Source: Fidelibacterota bacterium (GTDB lineage Bacteria; Fidelibacterota; Marinisomatia; Marinisomatales; Marinisomataceae). From it: DNA of 64,000 bases. A program made the translations under genes and the position numbers. The notes under the pieces are model-generated. The model ran no database searches. It was not told the DNA's origin and saw only the letters and a program-made list of their open reading frames with translations. Location of the stretch: the NCBI GenBank assembly GCA_045560235.1, contig JBJKZP010000008.1, positions 76,148 to 140,147 of the forward strand. Reading direction: 5' to 3'. Below, in pieces: positions 8,684 through 19,134 of this stretch. The first letter of the stretch is position 1. Every line of letters begins with the position of its first letter.

Positions 8684-10602
8684 CAGACTTTAATTTATTT
8701 TCTAAAGCTCCAGACGGAGATCTTTATACAAAATGGGAGGACTATAAAAACTCATTACAAAAGCTTTCGCCAGAAGAAGCAAACAAATATAAAGTCATTG
8801 TAATAGGAACAGGGCTTGCTGGAGCGTCAGCATCAGCAACCTTAGCAGAAAAAGGTTTCAACGTACACGCATTTTCATTTCACGAGTCTCCAAGAAGAGC
8901 CCACAGCATTGCGGCACAGGGAGGAATTAATGCAGCAAAAAACTATAAGAGCGACGGCGATAGTGTAATGAGGCTTTTTTATGATACAATTAAGGGTGGA
9001 GATTTTAGATCGAGGGAGGATAACGTTTACAGGTTGGCAGAAATAAGTAAAAATATTATTGATCAGTGTGTAGCGCAGGGCGTACCATTCGCAAGAGAAT
9101 ATGGAGGTTTGCTTGATAACCGTTCTTTTGGTGGAGTTCAAGTTTCTAGAACATTTTATGCCAGAGGGCAAACAGGACAACAGCTCTTATTGGGAGCTTA
9201 TTCTGCTCTAAGCAGACAAATGGAAAATAAAAAAGTAAGATTTTATTCTAGGCATGATATGTTAGACGTTGTTCTTGTAAACGGAAAAGCAAAAGGCATT
9301 GTAACAAGAGATCTGATTAGCGGAAAAATTTCAACTCACAGCGCTGATGTTGTAATTTTAGCAACTGGCGGGTATTCAAATGTATATTATTTGTCAACCA
9401 ACGCAATGGCAAGCAATGTTACAGCAAATTGGAGGGCGCATAGAAAAGGGGCCCTGTTTGCAAACCCAAGTTTTACGCAAATTCACCCTACCTGTATTCC
9501 AGTAAAGAATAATTTTCAATCTAAACTAACACTAATGAGCGAAAGCCTAAGGAATGACGGAAGAGTGTGGGTACCAAAAAAGAAGAATGACCAAAGAAAA
9601 CCCACGGACATACCGGAAGATGAAAGAGATTATTATTTAGAGAGAATTTACCCCGCTTTTGGAAACCTTGTTCCAAGAGACGTTGCAAGCAGGAGAGCAA
9701 AAGAGGTTTGCGATGAAGGGAGGGGCGTTGGGCCAACCGGGTATGCAGTGTATTTAGATTTCCAAAAAGCTATTAAAGAAAAAGGTGAAGATTTTATTAG
9801 AGAAAAATACGGAAATCTTTTTGACATGTATCAAAACATTACAGATGAAAACCCGTATAAAACACCAATGAAGATATATCCAGCAGTTCACTATACAATG
9901 GGCGGATTGTGGGTAGACTACAATCTTATGACAACAATTAGTGGTCTTTTTTCAATAGGAGAAAGTAATTTTTCAGATCACGGAGCAAATAGACTTGGAG
10001 CAAGCGCCTTGATGCAGGGTCTTGCAGACGGCTACTTTGTTGTTCCACACACAGCAATGGATTTTTTGGCTAAAGAAAAGCCGATAGAAAAAGATATAAC
10101 AGATATGCCGGAATTTGTCGAGGCAAAGAAAAAAACAGAAGAAGAGATTTTAAAGTTGATGAAAGTAGACGGAGACTTGGCGGTCGACGAGGTTCATAGA
10201 GAGCTCGGTAAGATAGTGTGGGACAAAGTTGGAATGGCGAGAAACGAAAGAGACCTTAAGAGTGCACTTAAAGAAATTCCGAAAGTAAAAGAAAAGTTTT
10301 GGAATCAAATATCTATCCCTGGCGATGACAAAGATGTTAACCAGGAGCTAGAAAAAGCATTAAGAATAAAAGATTTTATAGAGCTTGCGGAGTTGATGGC
10401 ATACGATGCATTAGATAGGAACGAATCTTGCGGAGCACATTTTAGAGAAGAATACCAAACAAATGAAAACGAAGCCAAAAGAAATGACGAAGAGTTTAAA
10501 TATGTGGCGGCCTGGGACTATTCTGAAGAGGAAAATCCAAAGCTCTATAAGGAAGAATTAAAATATAAAAACGTCAAGCTAAAGACTAGAAGCTATAAAT
10601 AA
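8680..10602 (+). CDS. sdhA: Succinate dehydrogenase/fumarate reductase flavoprotein subunit
   Basis: ORF 8614..10602. Start placed at ATG 8680, which overlaps the sdhC stop (ATGA). FAD motif [25 protein letters not shown] (covalent FAD His), HYTMGGL, RLGASAL. Confidence 0.93.
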   Translation: MTDFNLFSKAPDGDLYTKWEDYKNSLQKLSPEEANKYKVIVIGTGLAGASASATLAEKGFNVHAFSFHESPRRAHSIAAQGGINAAKNYKSDGDSVMRLFYDTIKGGDFRSREDNVYRLAEISKNIIDQCVAQGVPFAREYGGLLDNRSFGGVQVSRTFYARGQTGQQLLLGAYSALSRQMENKKVRFYSRHDMLDVVLVNGKAKGIVTRDLISGKISTHSADVVILATGGYSNVYYLSTNAMASNVTANWRAHRKGALFANPSFTQIHPTCIPVKNNFQSKLTLMSESLRNDGRVWVPKKKNDQRKPTDIPEDERDYYLERIYPAFGNLVPRDVASRRAKEVCDEGRGVGPTGYAVYLDFQKAIKEKGEDFIREKYGNLFDMYQNITDENPYKTPMKIYPAVHYTMGGLWVDYNLMTTISGLFSIGESNFSDHGANRLGASALMQGLADGYFVVPHTAMDFLAKEKPIEKDITDMPEFVEAKKKTEEEILKLMKVDGDLAVDEVHRELGKIVWDKVGMARNERDLKSALKEIPKVKEKFWNQISIPGDDKDVNQELEKALRIKDFIELAELMAYDALDRNESCGAHFREEYQTNENEAKRNDEEFKYVAAWDYSEEENPKLYKEELKYKNVKLKTRSYK

Positions 10603-11339
10603 TGAATATTAATCTTAAAATATGGAGACAAAAATCAGACCAAAAAGACGGAGGGTTGCGTTCATATAGATTAGAAAATATAGATCCAAACATTTCATTT
10701 TTAGAGATGCTTGACGTCTTAAATATTAAGCTAGTTAAAGAAAAAAAAGACCCAGTTGCCTTTGATCACGATTGTAGGGAGGGCATATGTGGTTCTTGCG
10801 GGTTTATGATAAACGGAAGACCCCATGGACCGCAAAAAGCAACAACAGTTTGCCAGCTTCACATGAGAGCCTTTAACAATGAAGATAATATTTTACTAGA
10901 ACCTTTCAGGGCAAAGTCTTTTCCTGTTATCAAAGATTTATCTGTAGACAGAAAATCATTTGATCGTATTATTTCATCTGGCGGATACGTTGCGGTTGAT
11001 ACTGGAGACGTTCTCGAAGCAAATAGTATTCCTGTAGCCAAAGAAGATGCAGACGAAGCGTTTTTGTCTTCAGCCTGCATTGGATGTGGAGCGTGTGTCG
11101 CTGCGTGCAAAAATTCATCAGCCATGCTATTTACATCAGCAAAGGTTTCCCATCTTTCTTTATTGCCGCAAGGAGAGGAAGAACGAAAAGAAAGGGTGGT
11201 TAATATGGTAGCCACGATGGACGACGAGGGTTTTGGTGCCTGCACTAACACCGGAGCTTGTTCTGCCGAGTGTCCAAAAGAAATTGCGCAGACAAACATA
11301 GCAAGACTAAACAGAGAGTTTATTAAGTCGAAGCTGTAA
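10602..11339 (+). CDS. sdhB: Succinate dehydrogenase/fumarate reductase iron-sulfur subunit
   Basis: 245 aa with three Cys clusters: [10 protein letters not shown] (2Fe-2S), [23 protein letters not shown]. The ATG overlaps the sdhA stop. Confidence 0.93.
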   Translation: MNINLKIWRQKSDQKDGGLRSYRLENIDPNISFLEMLDVLNIKLVKEKKDPVAFDHDCREGICGSCGFMINGRPHGPQKATTVCQLHMRAFNNEDNILLEPFRAKSFPVIKDLSVDRKSFDRIISSGGYVAVDTGDVLEANSIPVAKEDADEAFLSSACIGCGACVAACKNSSAMLFTSAKVSHLSLLPQGEEERKERVVNMVATMDDEGFGACTNTGACSAECPKEIAQTNIARLNREFIKSKL

Positions 11340-11417
11340 TAGTTTTTAAAAAAATTTTATTTTAGATAATCAAATGGCTACTAATCAGCTGAATAGTACA
11401 ATATTTTTTAGAGAAGT

Positions 11418-12110
11418 TTAGTTTTGAAGTTTAAAGTTTATAGGAATAGTAATCCAAACACCAACTTTTGTTTCACGTTGTTTTGCAGGCCTAAATCTTG
11501 TCTTTCTCAAAGCTTCTACAGCAGCATCGTTTAAACCTGTGTTTGGAATTCCTTTAAGAACTATTGTTTCTTTAACCTTACCAGTTTTATCAATAAAACA
11601 CTGGACCAAAACCTGTCCTTCAATTCCAGCTTCTTGAGCAATGTCAGGATATACTGGACGAATTGGAAATAATGGTCTTGGAGGATCATCATAAGGAATA
11701 AACTTTACTTGTGGGCCTGATGGCGGAGGAGGCGGAGCGTCCCACGCATCAAAATTATCTAAATCTGTTTCTTCAATAGTTAGGTCATCGGCCAAATCGT
11801 CATCTTCTGACTCCACCGGAACAGAAGGTCTAGCAGGGGGAGGCGGTGTCTCAAATTGTTGCGTTTCAGGAATCTCAATATTTTCAATTATAATTTGGCT
11901 TTCTGTTTCAATTTGAATATCATTTTCAAATCGTTGTAACGAATAAAAACCAACCAATAAAATAAAAGAAGCAAACAAAAATCCAACCCTTAATACAGTA
12001 GAATATTTTTCTTTTAATGTGTTTTCTATAAGCTTGGCTCTTCTTAAAAAGAAATTTACTATAGAAGAAAAAGGACTAAACCTTTCAAGCAGTTTTTTTA
12101 ACTCATCCAT
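11418..12110 (-). CDS. tonB: Energy transducer TonB
   Basis: N-terminal TM helix, Pro-rich spacer (PPPPARPSVP, PPPPPSGP) and a TonB_C-like end (YPDIAQEAGIEGQVLVQCFIDKTGKV...GVWITIPINF). Confidence 0.8.
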   Translation of the reverse strand: MDELKKLLERFSPFSSIVNFFLRRAKLIENTLKEKYSTVLRVGFLFASFILLVGFYSLQRFENDIQIETESQIIIENIEIPETQQFETPPPPARPSVPVESEDDDLADDLTIEETDLDNFDAWDAPPPPPSGPQVKFIPYDDPPRPLFPIRPVYPDIAQEAGIEGQVLVQCFIDKTGKVKETIVLKGIPNTGLNDAAVEALRKTRFRPAKQRETKVGVWITIPINFKLQN

Positions 12111-12112
12111 CT

Positions 12113-12526
12113 TTAATTAGGAGCCTTTACTTTTGTTGAATAATTAAGTTTTAAGGCGTCTGCCTTACGAAGTTCGTTGTGAATGTCCGAAATGGTTTCC
12201 ATTCTAGCTGCTTGGTCTGCTTTTAATGAAACAGTTAGCTGTGGGTTAGAAGCTCTTTTTTCGTACATTATATGACGAACATCATTATTGTTATATAGCT
12301 TATCTTCAATAGAAATTAACCCATCTTTTGAAACCCAAATATCAGAAGTGTGTCTTTTAGACTCTAGTTTTTCAATTCTTTCTGCTCTCGGCAAAGAAAC
12401 AGGAAGACCAGAAAACTCTCTAAGGACAGTTGTAACCATAAAAAATATAAGAAGCATAAAAATAATATCAGGCATAGAGGATGTTGATATTTTTGACTCT
12501 ATTGCAGATTTTCTTCTAAACTTCAT
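12113..12526 (-). CDS. exbD: Biopolymer transport protein ExbD/TolR
   Basis: 137 aa. N-terminal motif PDIIFMLLIFFMVTT, with ExbD-typical size and topology. Confidence 0.85.
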   Translation of the reverse strand: MKFRRKSAIESKISTSSMPDIIFMLLIFFMVTTVLREFSGLPVSLPRAERIEKLESKRHTSDIWVSKDGLISIEDKLYNNNDVRHIMYEKRASNPQLTVSLKADQAARMETISDIHNELRKADALKLNYSTKVKAPN

Positions 12527-12924
12527 TATTCTGTCTCCGCAATTGATATTCTTGTAGCATTTGCTAGTTTTAGCTGATCTAGGACCTCAACATAAACATC
12601 ATACTCAGATTTTTCGTGAGCCTTGACTGAAATAATAAGTTTATCATTAGAACGAATTTCTTCTTTAACTCTTCTACTTAAATCTTTCATTTCTACAGGT
12701 TCGCCACCAAGCAAAACATTTCCAGACGCACTAATTAAGCAATTAAGAATATTTTTCTTATTAATCTCAAGTTCTTGGCCCTCAGCTGGAAGAATAATAC
12801 CCAAGCCTTTGTCCATATCTATAGTGGTAGTAACCAAAAAGAATACAAGCAAAAGGAATGCTATATCCGCCATTCCGCCTTCAGGAATAGCACCAACACG
12901 AGCCTTTCTTTCTCTAAGAGCCAT
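12526..12924 (-). CDS. exbD: Biopolymer transport protein ExbD/TolR (second copy)
   Basis: 132 aa. MADIAFLLLVFFLVTT motif. 1-nt stop/start overlap with the downstream exbD. Confidence 0.85.
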   Translation of the reverse strand: MALRERKARVGAIPEGGMADIAFLLLVFFLVTTTIDMDKGLGIILPAEGQELEINKKNILNCLISASGNVLLGGEPVEMKDLSRRVKEEIRSNDKLIISVKAHEKSEYDVYVEVLDQLKLANATRISIAETE

Positions 12925-12927
12925 TTG

Positions 12928-13533
12928 CTACTTTGAATCTCTTAATAAATCAGTGATTTCAATTGATCTTTCTTCCATGTCTAAAACCATTCCATCAATC
13001 ATTGAAGAAAAAAGATTTTGAGCAATTTGAATGATCATTGCAACAATTAGTCCAAAAGCTGTAGTTAGTAGCGCTTGAGAAATACCAACCGCAACAACAG
13101 CAGGAGAAATATCATTTGCTGCTGCAATAGCATCAAAAGCAAAAATCATGCCAGCAACTGTTCCAGTAAAACCCATCATTGGAGCAATAGCAATAATAGC
13201 TGTTAACCAGCCCATGTTTTTCTCTAAAAATGCCATTTCTAACGAACCAGCATTTTCAATTGCTTTTTCAATCTGGTCAGGGCCTTTACCAACCTTTGCT
13301 AAACCAGCTTGACAAATATTTGAAACAGGACCATCGTGGTCACCGCAAACTTGATTAGCTTTTTTAGATCCACCTGATTTTAAGGCACCCCTTAAGGCAC
13401 TCATAAATCCATCGGAATCAACCTTAGACTGATTAAGCGAATAAGCTCTTTCGCCAACAAGACCAAGCCCCGCAAGCAATAAAATTAAAATAGGCCACAT
13501 GAAAGGCCCACCTTCTAAAAATAATTCTACCAT
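12928..13533 (-). CDS. exbB: MotA/TolQ/ExbB proton-channel protein
   Basis: 201 aa, three TM helices. APMMGFTGTVAGMIFAF and ALLTTAFGLIVA are typical of ExbB/TolQ. Confidence 0.88.
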   Translation of the reverse strand: MVELFLEGGPFMWPILILLLAGLGLVGERAYSLNQSKVDSDGFMSALRGALKSGGSKKANQVCGDHDGPVSNICQAGLAKVGKGPDQIEKAIENAGSLEMAFLEKNMGWLTAIIAIAPMMGFTGTVAGMIFAFDAIAAANDISPAVVAVGISQALLTTAFGLIVAMIIQIAQNLFSSMIDGMVLDMEERSIEITDLLRDSK

Positions 13534-13604
13534 TTAAATCCTCCTAGTGTGTTAAATGTCCAAAAACTTAGCTTATTACAAATCTAATGTCAATGTTCTA
13601 AATT

Positions 13605-14633
13605 TTACAACATTCGACTTAAAATATCTTCCTCAATTTCTTGATTTAAAACATGTTTTAAGGTAACAGCGTTAATATCAACGTTAAGCAAATCTTTAAA
13701 TTCAAAAAGTTTTACATAATCTTTTTCAGTACAAATAATATTTTGTAAACCTGACTCTATTGTCAGCTGATTAATTTTTTCTATGTCTTTCAATGAAAAT
13801 GGCCAATGATCTGGAAAAACCATTTTTCTATCAGCCTTGATACCTAAGCTTTTAACCGTATTGTTAAAGCTTTCTGGGTCACCTATTGAGCACACCGAAA
13901 GAATACCCGATTTTTTTGATAAATCTTCAACATACTTAATTGAGCCTGTTGACAAAATCTTTTTTTTAACTTCAAGGTTTAGTGTGTGATCAGAATCAAG
14001 AATAGATTTATTAGTTATTAAATTTCTTTTAGTTGAGATTGTGATGTCAGCCCTTTTAAAAGAAGAAAAAGGCTCTCTTAAGAGTCCGTAAGGATAAATA
14101 TACTGATTTTTTTTTATATGGTTTTCCGGTCCAAGAAGAAGAATATCAATATCTCTGAAGATTTTCCTATGTTGAAACCCGTCGTCTAATAAAATAACAT
14201 CACACCCAAGATTAGACAATTCCTGCGCAGCAAAAACTTTATTTTGAGAAACATAAATTGGAACATTAGAATCTAAATTATTTTTTAGCAATACAACCTC
14301 ATCCCCACATTTGGTCCAGTGTTGATTTTTAAGCAAAAAGCTGTTTGATTCATTTTTTCTACCATGTCCACGCGTTACTATTCCGACCTTAAAACCCCTT
14401 TTTTGTAAAAAACAAGCAATAGCTATTGTTGTTGGAGTTTTACCTGTGCCGCCAAGTAAAATATTTCCAATGCTTATAACTTTTGAATTTATTTTGATGG
14501 GTTTAAAAATTCCAACGTCATATAAAAGGTTTTTGAAAAAAATAAAAACTACGTGAACGGGGAATACAAAAAGAAGAGTAGAAATAGCAAGCGTTAATAT
14601 TTTATTGTTTAATATTATGTGGATTTTATTCAT
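13605..14633 (-). CDS. lpxK: Tetraacyldisaccharide 4'-kinase
   Basis: 342 aa with the P-loop GNILLGGTGKTPT and an LpxK-like layout, downstream of lpxB. Confidence 0.85.
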   Translation of the reverse strand: MNKIHIILNNKILTLAISTLLFVFPVHVVFIFFKNLLYDVGIFKPIKINSKVISIGNILLGGTGKTPTTIAIACFLQKRGFKVGIVTRGHGRKNESNSFLLKNQHWTKCGDEVVLLKNNLDSNVPIYVSQNKVFAAQELSNLGCDVILLDDGFQHRKIFRDIDILLLGPENHIKKNQYIYPYGLLREPFSSFKRADITISTKRNLITNKSILDSDHTLNLEVKKKILSTGSIKYVEDLSKKSGILSVCSIGDPESFNNTVKSLGIKADRKMVFPDHWPFSLKDIEKINQLTIESGLQNIICTEKDYVKLFEFKDLLNVDINAVTLKHVLNQEIEEDILSRML

Positions 14634-15246
14634 GATTACCAGCTATCCGATTTATTTCATTTAAGCTTTGTTCAATTTTTTTAGTGCCCACTTCAACACC
14701 CTCGTTTTTATCAAAGCATAAGGGCTTTCCTATAACAACTTTCATCTTACTAAACGGTTTTCCAATATAAAAAGTATGCCAATTTTTGAATTTCCAACTT
14801 TTTTTAATATCAACTATAATGGGAACTATAGGGCGACCAGAATCTTTTGCCAAGAAAAAAGCCCCCGGCTTGGCTTTGTGCTCTGGTCCGGTGGGACCAT
14901 CAGGTGTAATTGCTATTTTCCCATGAGGGTTATTAGAAAAAAACGCACGCATTTCTTTCATTGCATTTTTACCCCCACGATTACTAGAACCGCGAAAAAA
15001 ACTGTAACCAAAATTTTTAGCTACACTGGTTATTAGATCCCCATCTTTGCTTTGGCTAGCCAGAACATAGAAATCTTTATTACGAAGATACTCCATTAAT
15101 CCCAACAGCTTGCCATGCCACGTCACAACAACAAACGAGTTTAAACCCTCTAAATTTTGTTTACCAAATACAGACTGAGAGTTAAATCGATAAAGAAAAA
15201 CAATCAAAAAATAAATAATTTTTTCTTTTAGATATTTTTTAAGCAT
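14626..15246 (-). CDS. DUF374-type lysophospholipid-acyltransferase-like protein
   Basis: 206 aa. SQSKDGDLI...RGSSNRGGKNA...ITPDGPTGPEHKAKPG matches the DUF374 signature. It overlaps both lpxB and lpxK by 8 nt. Confidence 0.72.
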   Translation of the reverse strand: MLKKYLKEKIIYFLIVFLYRFNSQSVFGKQNLEGLNSFVVVTWHGKLLGLMEYLRNKDFYVLASQSKDGDLITSVAKNFGYSFFRGSSNRGGKNAMKEMRAFFSNNPHGKIAITPDGPTGPEHKAKPGAFFLAKDSGRPIVPIIVDIKKSWKFKNWHTFYIGKPFSKMKVVIGKPLCFDKNEGVEVGTKKIEQSLNEINRIAGNHE

Positions 15247-16342
15247 ATATATTCTTTGCAGCCTCTTTATATGGATTGTGTTTTGTTTTCAGCGTTTTTA
15301 TTATTTGTTCATATTTTTCTTTAACAGCTTCACTTTTTTTTGTATCTAACAGAGAAATAATTTCATTTGAAAGATTTTTAGCGCTCATTTTTTTTTGAAC
15401 ACACTCAGCAACAACCTTTTCTTCAGCAATTAGATTAACCAAGGATATAAACTTAACCCTAGAAAGTATTTTTACTAAAACCCAAGAAGCATAAGATGTT
15501 TTATAGCAGACTACCATAGGGCATTTAAGCATTGCAGTCTCTAGCGTAGCTGTTCCAGAGCAAACAATTGCAGCATTAGACGATTTTATAGCTTCATACT
15601 GATTATTTTTTATTTTAATTATATTGCTTTCGCAATGAATAGAAACATTTTGACCTTCAATTAATAAAAAAGTTAAATTTTTTGTTTTTGATTTTAAGAT
15701 TTTTATAGTTTCAGAAAAAATTTTCCAATTTTTTTCCACCTCACTTTTTCTACTTCCAGGCAAAAGGGCAATAATTTTATTTTTTTTTGGAATATTATAT
15801 GATAAACGAAAATGCTCAGGATTATACTTTTTTTTGCTAAGGATTGATAGAGGGTGTCCGGCATAATGAACTTTAACCCCTCTTTTTTTAAACCATTTTT
15901 TTTCAAAAGGTATTATACTAATTAATCTTGTACAATAGCGTGTTAATGTTTTTATCCTGGATTCTTTCCACGCCCACACTTGTGGCAATATAAAGTATGT
16001 AATATCAAAATTGAGGCCATGTAGTTTTTTTGCCATCCTTAGGTTAAACCCAGGATAATCAATTAAAATAATTTTATTAGGATTAATTTTTTTTATTTCT
16101 AAGAGTGTTTCATTAAAAATTTTTTTTATTCTTCTATAGTGCTTTAATACTTCAAAAAAACCGATTATGTTTAATTTTTTTATGTGTTGTGTTAAAACAA
16201 GACCCTCTTTTTGCATTCTATTTCCACCAACCCCAAAAAATTGCGCTTTTGGGTTGATTTTCTTTATCTCAGAAATTAGGCTGGCGCCATGAAGATCTCC
16301 AGAATCTTCTCCAGCAATGATAAATATTTTTTCTTTATTCAT
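15239..16342 (-). CDS. lpxB: Lipid-A-disaccharide synthase
   Basis: 367 aa. N-terminal IIAGEDSGDLHGASLI, DYPGFNLR, LLPGSR.SE motifs. Confidence 0.9.
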   Translation of the reverse strand: MNKEKIFIIAGEDSGDLHGASLISEIKKINPKAQFFGVGGNRMQKEGLVLTQHIKKLNIIGFFEVLKHYRRIKKIFNETLLEIKKINPNKIILIDYPGFNLRMAKKLHGLNFDITYFILPQVWAWKESRIKTLTRYCTRLISIIPFEKKWFKKRGVKVHYAGHPLSILSKKKYNPEHFRLSYNIPKKNKIIALLPGSRKSEVEKNWKIFSETIKILKSKTKNLTFLLIEGQNVSIHCESNIIKIKNNQYEAIKSSNAAIVCSGTATLETAMLKCPMVVCYKTSYASWVLVKILSRVKFISLVNLIAEEKVVAECVQKKMSAKNLSNEIISLLDTKKSEAVKEKYEQIIKTLKTKHNPYKEAAKNIYA

Positions 16343-16410
16343 AAAGAGGTTATGTATTTTTTTAATATTTCAGGAAGAAGTTCAACCAAAACTTATATTA
16401 ATTTTTTTGA

Positions 16411-17502
16411 TTACTGCCCTTTAATAAAATAAGCAATATCTCCTTCTTGCATAATATAGTCTCTTCCAACCATTTTCACCAACCCCATTGTTTTTAATTC
16501 ATTAATTTTTTCTTTATTGTTAATTGCATCGGCGTAGGAAAAAATTTCAGCTTTTATAAATTTGGTAGAGAAGTCTGTATGTATTTCGCCTGCAGCTTCA
16601 ACTGCCTGTGAACCTTTTTTCATTGTCCACGCCCTAACTTCTTTTTCTCCACAAGTAAAAAATGTTTCAAGACCAAGAGTTTTGTAGGCTTCTTTAATTA
16701 AAGTGCTCAAACCACTTTCATCAATACCATAATCTTTTAAAATCATTTCTTTTTCTTCTTCGTCAAACTCAGCCATTTCAGACTCTAGTTTGCCATTAAT
16801 TTTAATAAACGAGGAACTGTTCTTTTTAGCAACAAGCGCCGCATCGGCAAGCTGTTCGCTGTTTCCTCCTTCATCGTCAATATTAGCTACATATATCATA
16901 GGCTTGTCAGTTAATAAAAATAAATTTTTTATACATATATTTTCTTTAGACTCTCTTTTAAAGGACCTTGCTGCATACCCAGCGTTTAAATGTTCAAGAA
17001 GATTAGACAAAACTTCTTTTGCTAGCACTCCCTCGGGCTTGTTTGCCCTAACAAGCTTTTCATTTTTTGTTAGGCTTCTTTCTATGGTTTTAATATCAGC
17101 TAAAATAAGCTCAGTATTAATGATTTCCATATCATCAAGAGGATCAACCCTATTTTCTACGTGTGTAATATTGTTGTCATTAAAAAAACGTACAACCTGT
17201 ATAATAACCTTCACAGACCTAATTTGAGAAAGAAATTGATTGCCTAGACCTTCCCCCTGATGAGCGTTTTTGACCAACCCAGCAATATCAATAAATTCAA
17301 CTGTATTGTGAATGGTCTTTTCTGGTTGATAGATTTTGGTTAATTCGGTTAGTCTGTTATCAGGAACCTCTACAATACCAGTATTAGGTTCAATCGTGCA
17401 GAAAGGATAGTTTTCAGCTGCAATATTATTTTTGCTTAGCGCATTAAAGAGTGTTGATTTTCCTACATTTGGCAAGCCTACAAATCCACAGTTTAAATTC
17501 AT
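16411..17502 (-). CDS. ychF: Redox-regulated ribosome-binding ATPase YchF
   Basis: 363 aa. GFVGLPNVGKSTLFNA, FCTIEPN, DIAGLV, with the TGS-like C-terminus (RAWT...G). Confidence 0.95.
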   Translation of the reverse strand: MNLNCGFVGLPNVGKSTLFNALSKNNIAAENYPFCTIEPNTGIVEVPDNRLTELTKIYQPEKTIHNTVEFIDIAGLVKNAHQGEGLGNQFLSQIRSVKVIIQVVRFFNDNNITHVENRVDPLDDMEIINTELILADIKTIERSLTKNEKLVRANKPEGVLAKEVLSNLLEHLNAGYAARSFKRESKENICIKNLFLLTDKPMIYVANIDDEGGNSEQLADAALVAKKNSSSFIKINGKLESEMAEFDEEEKEMILKDYGIDESGLSTLIKEAYKTLGLETFFTCGEKEVRAWTMKKGSQAVEAAGEIHTDFSTKFIKAEIFSYADAINNKEKINELKTMGLVKMVGRDYIMQEGDIAYFIKGQ

Positions 17503-17552
17503 GTTGAGAATATAATACTTAATTGAATTAGTATTTATTAAATTGAAATCTT

Positions 17553-18332
17553 ATGAAAAATAAATGGGCAATAATTTTAGGGTGTTCGACAGGACATGGC
17601 GCAGCAATATCAAAACAGCTTGCAAAAGAAGGGTTCGGCATAATTGGTTTTCACTTGGACAGGGGTGCAATAAAAAAAGAAGCACAAGAATTTGAAAAAG
17701 AAATCGCTTCAATTAACAACGCAAAAGTAAAGTTTTGGAATGAGAACGCCGCAGATAAAGAGGTAATGTTAAAAAGAATTCCTGAAATAATCAATCTTGT
17801 TGGTGATGGCAGCGTAAAGCTCCTTATGCATTCAATAGCTTTTGGAAGCACAACTAATTTTTTTGAACCTACACCCGTAAGACAGCGTCAAATGGATATG
17901 ACACAACATGTTATGGCACACTGCCTAATTTATTGGACGCAGACGCTCCTGGATAAAAAATTATTAACTAGTGGTTCAAGAATTTTAGGCTTAACTAGCG
18001 AAGGAAGCTATAAAGCCATGGAAGGATATGGACCGGTGGGGGTGGCTAAAGCGTCGCTGGAAGCTGTTGTGAGACAAATAGGTTGGGAGTTGGGCGAAAA
18101 AGGCATTACTGCGAACACAATTCAAGCAGGAATAACGCCAACACGCGCCCTAACCAAAATATCTGAAGATTGGGAAAGCTGGGTTGAAACAACCAAAAAG
18201 AGAAATCCTATGAAAAGATTAACAACACCAAAAGATGTAGCTGGCCTAGTTTCTTTGTTAATGAGCGAAAAAGCAGACTTTGTTAATTGTTCTACTATTT
18301 TTTGTGACGGCGGAGAGCATAGATCTTTATGA
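17553..18332 (+). CDS. SDR-family enoyl-[ACP] reductase-like protein (FabI/FabL type)
   Basis: 259 aa. Rossmann N-terminus ILGCSTGHGAAISKQLA. Y-x6-K spacing in YGPVGVAKASLE is the FabI-type active-site spacing rather than the classical SDR Y-x3-K. Confidence 0.6.
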   Translation: MKNKWAIILGCSTGHGAAISKQLAKEGFGIIGFHLDRGAIKKEAQEFEKEIASINNAKVKFWNENAADKEVMLKRIPEIINLVGDGSVKLLMHSIAFGSTTNFFEPTPVRQRQMDMTQHVMAHCLIYWTQTLLDKKLLTSGSRILGLTSEGSYKAMEGYGPVGVAKASLEAVVRQIGWELGEKGITANTIQAGITPTRALTKISEDWESWVETTKKRNPMKRLTTPKDVAGLVSLLMSEKADFVNCSTIFCDGGEHRSL

Positions 18333-18348
18333 TTTTTTAGACTCTTTT

Positions 18349-18510
18349 TTAAAGTTTTTTATTGGTTTTTTTGAAAATTTCAGAGCTTAAAAGACCTAAA
18401 CCTCTTTTAAATAAAGCCAACCCATTGGCAATTAACTGCATACCATTTGTAGCTTTTGTAGCTTTTTTATTTTTAATATCATTCTGAATTTTTCTGATAT
18501 TTTTAATCAT
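18349..18510 (-). CDS. Candidate 53-aa small protein (hypothetical)
   Basis: My translation: MIKNIRKIQNDIKNKKATKATNGMQLIANGLALFKRGLGLLSSEIFKKTNKKL*. Its ATG overlaps the yqgE stop (ATGA at 18507-18510). It fills an otherwise empty 174-nt gap. I recognise no family. Confidence 0.25.
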   Translation of the reverse strand: MIKNIRKIQNDIKNKKATKATNGMQLIANGLALFKRGLGLLSSEIFKKTNKKL

Positions 18511-19052
18511 GACATCCCGCCTGTTCCAACAAAATTAAGCTCATCCAAACCAAAAATATGAATCATTTCTTTCCACAAATTTTTTGAAGGAATATCAAAA
18601 ATTGAACTATCATAGTCTTGAACGATCCAGTCACCACGCCCAATCTCATCGTTAAGTTGTTCCTTGTCCCAGCCGGCATGGCCAAATATTAATCTTGTAT
18701 CATCAGGGGAATTGTCGTTAAATAATATTTTTTGAATGAGATCTAAATCAGTAGAAAGTTGAATTTTTTTTGAAAAATCAACATTAGAACTAAATGTATT
18801 TTCGATAACACACGCTTCATTTAAATTGAGAGGTCCACCAAAAAATATTTTTTTTGACTCATTAAGTATATCCTCAAAAATTTTATTTTTTATACCCGAA
18901 TTAATAATTTTCATTTCACTAACCGGCTTATTAATAATAATACCCGTCGTGCCGTCCATATCATCTTCACATATAAATACTACACTTTTAGCAAAATACG
19001 GATCAACCATATTGGGCATAGATATTAATAATTTATTTTTGAGACCCTTCAT
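18507..19052 (-). CDS. yqgE: YqgE/AlgH-family putative transcriptional regulator (UPF0301)
   Basis: 181 aa. PYFAKSVVFICEDDMDGTTGIIINKP and GHAGWDKEQLNDEI..GDW are the family hallmarks. Confidence 0.85.
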   Translation of the reverse strand: MKGLKNKLLISMPNMVDPYFAKSVVFICEDDMDGTTGIIINKPVSEMKIINSGIKNKIFEDILNESKKIFFGGPLNLNEACVIENTFSSNVDFSKKIQLSTDLDLIQKILFNDNSPDDTRLIFGHAGWDKEQLNDEIGRGDWIVQDYDSSIFDIPSKNLWKEMIHIFGLDELNFVGTGGMS

Positions 19053-19134
19053 TTTTTATTTAATAAAACATAAATCCTTTTTTGAATCATTTCCATAGTT
19101 AAGTAAGTTATAAGTCAAATTTTTTAAAAAAATT

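Noticed and set aside
10859-11299. 146-aa antisense ORF inside sdhB. Similar long antisense ORFs lie at 12623-13021, 16790-17227, 28339-28656, 29596-29973, 25276-25605, 25606-25869, 61861-62196, 42243-42545 and 8875-9180.
   Set aside because: Each lies fully inside a strongly supported conserved gene on the other strand. Their composition is low-complexity or skewed and I recognise no motifs. They are typical shadow ORFs.
1-11400. Apparently higher G+C in the left 11 kb (ALDH, ppdK, sdh) as a sign of a horizontally acquired island
   Set aside because: This rests only on spot counts of a few 60-nt lines (about 45% versus 23-40% elsewhere). Conserved, highly expressed genes such as uvrA and glnII are also GC-richer. 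No boundary features are visible. A sliding-window GC and codon-usage computation would be needed, and I could not run one.
11379-11410. Possible terminator after sdhB: imperfect palindrome TACTAATCAG/CTGAATAGTA followed by a T-run
   Set aside because: The stem is almost entirely A/T with a mismatch and no real loop, which is too weak to call. The palindrome may be incidental.
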